Origin: Chitinophagaceae bacterium
Lineage (GTDB): Bacteria > Bacteroidota > Bacteroidia > Chitinophagales > Chitinophagaceae
Direction: 5' to 3'
Assembly (NCBI GenBank): GCA_016720775.1
Contig: JADKJX010000011.1
Span: forward strand, 8,896 to 72,895
DNA length: 64,000 nucleotides
The stretch's first letter is position 1. Each line of letters opens with the position of its first letter. The position numbers and the translations under genes were made by a program. Positions 60,384-64,000 of the stretch are shown one piece after another. The notes under the pieces are model-generated. The model searched no databases and was not told the DNA's origin. It saw only the letters and a list, made by a program, of their open reading frames with translations.

Positions 60384-62783
60384 TTATGTTAAAGCAAGTT
60401 CCAATACCTGTTGCATGGTCTTTACATAATGAAATTTGATGCCTTTGATGTACTGGCTGTTTATTTCCAGCACGTCTTTTTCATTCTGCCAGCACATGAT
60501 GATCTCTTTCAAACCTGCTCTCCGGGCGGCTAATACTTTTTCCTTGATCCCGCCAACAGGCAGAACCTGTCCCCGGAGAGTGATCTCTCCCGTCATCGCT
60601 AAGTAAGGTTTTATTTTGCGGCCGGTGAATGCACTTGCCAGGGCAGAAAGCATGGTGATACCGGCGCTTGGCCCGTCTTTGGGAACAGCACCTTCAGGCA
60701 CATGGATATGAATGTCCTTTTTGTTGAACTCTTCCGGAGCGATGTTTATTTTTTTACAGTTTGCTTCCAGGTAAGTGAGGGCCGTGCTGGCACTTTCCTT
60801 CATCACATTGCCAAGGTTGCCGGTAAGTTTCAGTTCGCCTTTGCCATCGCTCAGTTGTGTTTCTATGAAAAGAATATCGCCACCCACATAGGTCCATGCA
60901 AGTCCAACAGCAACCCCGGGCATGTTTGCGATCTTGTACATATCGTTGCTGTACCTCGGTTTGCCCAATATCTTCTCCACGTCATTATTGGTAATGGTGG
61001 CTTTTAATTTTCCTTTGATCACCAGTTCCTTTGCCTGGTAACGCATGATACTCGCCAGTTGCCTGTCCAGTTCCCTTACACCGCTTTCTCTTGTGTAGTC
61101 CTGGATTATTTTTTCCAGCACATTATCACTTATTTTAAATGCGGCATCTTTAAGTCCGTGCATCTCTTTTTGCTTAGGTATGAGATGCCGTTTGGCTATC
61201 TCTATCTTTTCTTCTACGGCATAACCGCTCAGGTCAATGATCTCCAGCCTGTCTCTTAATGCCGGAGGGATATTGCTGATGTTATTAGCCGTGGCTATGA
61301 ACAGTACCCGGCTCAGGTCGTATTCCAGTTCCAGGTAATTATCATAGAAAGTATTGTTCTGTTCCGGATCTAAAACTTCTAATAATGCGGAAGACGGATC
61401 GCCGCGGTTATCACTTCCTACTTTATCAATTTCATCCAGTATCATCACCGGGTTGCTCGACTTTACCTTACGTATGGATTGTAAAATGCGGCCGGGCATG
61501 GCGCCGATATAAGTTTTACGGTGGCCACGTATCTCGCTTTCGTCATGTAATCCGCCCAAGCTTACCCGTACATATTTCCTGTTTACGGCAGAAGCAATGC
61601 TTTTTCCCAAACTTGTTTTTCCAATGCCCGGAGGGCCGAGAAAACAAAGGATGGGTGATTTCATATCGCCTTTTAATTTCAATACGGCCAGGTATTCTAA
61701 TATGCGTTCTTTTATCTTCTGCATGCCGTAATGATCCTGGTCCAGTATCTTCTTTGCTTTCTTCAGGTCGTACGAATCTTCGGTGTATTCATTCCAGGGC
61801 AGGTCAAGCATCAGGTCGAGGTGATTATACACCACCGAATAATCGGGTGTGGAAGGATGCATGCGCTCCAGTTTCTCAGCGCCCTTGGTGAACATTTCTT
61901 TTGCAGCCGCCGGCCATTTTTTGTTCTCTGCTTTTTTCAGCATGTCTTTTACCTCCGCCACATTATCACTACCCAGTTCATCCTTGATGGCCTTCATCTG
62001 CTGCTGTAAAAAATATTCCCGCTGCTGTTTATCTAATTCTGCCCTTGTTTTATTGGTTACTTTATTTTTCAGTTCGGTGTATTGCAGTTCTGTCTGCATC
62101 AGGTTCATCAGTAATTCGGCCCTTGCTTTTATGTTGCTTATCTCCAGCAGGCGTTGCTTGTCTTTTATCTCGCAGTTCAAATTGCTGCTTACAAAATGAA
62201 TTAAGAAGTTGGGGTTCTCGATATTCTTTAAAATAATGGCAGCTTCGCTGGGCAGGTTGGGAGAGAGGTTAACGATCTGCCCGGCCAGGTCTTTAATACT
62301 TCCTATCATGGCATTAAAATCAGCATCGTCTTTCAACACTTCATCATCAAGCACTTTTATCTTAGCTTTGAAATAAGGATCATCGGTTGTAATCTCCTCA
62401 ATCTTGCAGCGCTTACGTCCCTGTATGATGATGGTGGTGCCCCCATCAGGCATTTTTATCAGCTTCGCAATTTTTGCAACGGTGCCGATATCTTCCAGGT
62501 CGCTTACAGTTGGTTCTTCAACCGTACTGTCTTTTTGCGCTACCACGCCTATCAATTTGTCAGCCTTATAAGCATCGGTTACAGCCTTAATACTCTTATC
62601 GCGGCCAACAGTTATGGGAATTACAACACCCGGGAAGAGTACGGTATTTCTCAACGCAAGAATGGGTATTTCGTCTGGAATCACCTGCCCGTCGGCACTT
62701 CCGTCATCATCTTCATTAAGTGGAATGATGGGCATGAATTCCATTTCATCTTCCGGGCCCTGCAAATAAAACTTGTTATCCAT
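60384..62783 (-). CDS. lon: ATP-dependent Lon protease
   Basis: LRNTVLFP; GPPGIGKTS; GG..DE.EIRGHR.TYIGAMPG; ILDEIDK; PKDGPSAG; TGEI.LRG.VLPVGGIKEK. Confidence 0.97.
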   Translation of the reverse strand: MDNKFYLQGPEDEMEFMPIIPLNEDDDGSADGQVIPDEIPILALRNTVLFPGVVIPITVGRDKSIKAVTDAYKADKLIGVVAQKDSTVEEPTVSDLEDIGTVAKIAKLIKMPDGGTTIIIQGRKRCKIEEITTDDPYFKAKIKVLDDEVLKDDADFNAMIGSIKDLAGQIVNLSPNLPSEAAIILKNIENPNFLIHFVSSNLNCEIKDKQRLLEISNIKARAELLMNLMQTELQYTELKNKVTNKTRAELDKQQREYFLQQQMKAIKDELGSDNVAEVKDMLKKAENKKWPAAAKEMFTKGAEKLERMHPSTPDYSVVYNHLDLMLDLPWNEYTEDSYDLKKAKKILDQDHYGMQKIKERILEYLAVLKLKGDMKSPILCFLGPPGIGKTSLGKSIASAVNRKYVRVSLGGLHDESEIRGHRKTYIGAMPGRILQSIRKVKSSNPVMILDEIDKVGSDNRGDPSSALLEVLDPEQNNTFYDNYLELEYDLSRVLFIATANNISNIPPALRDRLEIIDLSGYAVEEKIEIAKRHLIPKQKEMHGLKDAAFKISDNVLEKIIQDYTRESGVRELDRQLASIMRYQAKELVIKGKLKATITNNDVEKILGKPRYSNDMYKIANMPGVAVGLAWTYVGGDILFIETQLSDGKGELKLTGNLGNVMKESASTALTYLEANCKKINIAPEEFNKKDIHIHVPEGAVPKDGPSAGITMLSALASAFTGRKIKPYLAMTGEITLRGQVLPVGGIKEKVLAARRAGLKEIIMCWQNEKDVLEINSQYIKGIKFHYVKTMQQVLELALT

Positions 62784-62880
62784 AATAATCTCAATATATA
62801 GTCAAAATGTCAAAACACCAGCTATTTAACTGTTTTTTGTGTGGGGATGTATATGGTCAATATTAATGCCGTTTTGTACT

Positions 62881-63009
62881 GAATTAGGAATTTGTAATTA
62901 GGAATTAGGAATTCGGAATTAGACCATTAATTCGGTTACTTCATTTAAAAGATAAAACTGCAATTAGTTCAGAGCCTAATTCCTAATTACAAATTCCCAA
63001 TTACCAAGT
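62881..63009. repeat. Inverted pair of 7-nt micro-arrays (gaattag / ctaattc)
   Basis: 62882-62908 aattaggaatttgtaattaggaattag versus the reverse complement of 62976-63002, aattgggaatttgtaattaggaattag (26/27). Confidence 0.85.
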
Positions 63010-63022
63010 ACGTTTGCATCCC

Positions 63023-64000
63023 ATGTATATTAATTGCAACGATACCGAACTCTTTGTATTAAAAAAGATAGCGCAAGCTGCCGAAGAACTCGGCCTGCCC
63101 TGTTATCTGATCGGCGGATTTGTACGGGATAAGATACTGGGAAGAGATACAAAAGACATTGATATTGTTTGCGTGGGAGATGGTATTGAACTGGCCGAAA
63201 ATGTTTCGCAAAAACTAAGCCCCAAACCCGAAGTGCATTTCTTTAAGAATTTCGGTACGGCGCAGATAAAATTCAACGACATGGAAATTGAATTTGTGGG
63301 CGCCCGTAAAGAAAGTTACAATTTCGACAGCCGTAAACCTGATGTAGCGACCGGTACTCTGGAAGATGACCAGAACCGGCGTGATTTCACCATCAATGCC
63401 ATGGCCATCAGTTTGAATAAAACTGATTTTGGCGAACTGGTTGATCCGTTCAACGGGATAAAAGACCTGGCATTAAAGAATATTGAAACGCCCTTGGCAC
63501 CTGTACAAACTTTCAGCGACGATCCTTTGCGCATGATGAGGGCCATCCGTTTTGCAACGCAACTGGATTTTACCATCGAACAAAAAACATTTGATGCGAT
63601 CGGTGAAAATGCAGCACGGATAAAAATTGTAAGCGGCGAACGCATCGCAGATGAACTGAATAAAATTTTATTGAGCAAAAAACCTTCCATTGGTTTTGAC
63701 CTGTTGTATAAAAGCGGTTTGCTGAAACTCATTTTTCCGCAGATGGTTGATCTTGCAGGCGCAGAATACATCGATGGCAAAGGCCACAAGGATAATTTTT
63801 ATCACACGCTGCAGGTAGTAGATAATATTTCTGAGCATACCGATGATCTTTGGCTTCGTTGGGCAGCGGTGTTGCATGATATCGCAAAGCCTGCCACAAA
63901 GAAATTTGAAGAAGGGCATGGCTGGACCTTTCATGGCCACGAAGTGGTTGGCGGCAGAATGGTGCCTAAGATCTTCACCAAACTGAAACTGCCGCAAAAT
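63023..64000 (+). CDS. cca: CCA tRNA nucleotidyltransferase / HD domain protein (runs off the right edge)
   Basis: Manual translation from ATG 63023: Y.IGGFVRD..LG..TKDIDI; ARKESY...SR.P; D..RRDFTINA; F.DDPLRMMRA.RF; HKD.F.HT; LHDIAK. Confidence 0.92.
   Translation, partial: MYINCNDTELFVLKKIAQAAEELGLPCYLIGGFVRDKILGRDTKDIDIVCVGDGIELAENVSQKLSPKPEVHFFKNFGTAQIKFNDMEIEFVGARKESYNFDSRKPDVATGTLEDDQNRRDFTINAMAISLNKTDFGELVDPFNGIKDLALKNIETPLAPVQTFSDDPLRMMRAIRFATQLDFTIEQKTFDAIGENAARIKIVSGERIADELNKILLSKKPSIGFDLLYKSGLLKLIFPQMVDLAGAEYIDGKGHKDNFYHTLQVVDNISEHTDDLWLRWAAVLHDIAKPATKKFEEGHGWTFHGHEVVGGRMVPKIFTKLKLPQN

Overview
Chromosomal window from a Bacteroidota bacterium, probably Chitinophagaceae. The evidence is TAnnTTTG promoters, T9SS C-terminal sorting domains, an Oar-like TonB-dependent receptor and a long TamB. 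Most of it is housekeeping or core genes (rocD, ispE, etfA/B, tilS, rlmH, ribBA, ggt, lon, CCA-adding enzyme, tRNA-Arg(ACG), tRNA-Lys(UUU)). It also has a tandem triplet of uncharacterised secreted beta-helix proteins, two of them with sigma54-type promoters. The most striking unexplained signal is a dispersed set of 7-nt and 8-nt period micro-arrays. At several loci they occur as inverted pairs at gene junctions. Two pairs enclose a small cargo gene: a four-helix-bundle (Avd/IVP-like) gene between etfB and etfA, and a GxxExxY PD-(D/E)XK-type gene. Three pairs enclose only a short spacer, and one array sits in frame inside tilS. The repeat unit differs between loci but matches between the two arms of each locus. 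Several genes are broken by 1-2 nt indels, often in homopolymers, which probably reflects long-read consensus error rather than true pseudogenisation. All family assignments come from motif recognition, not database searches.
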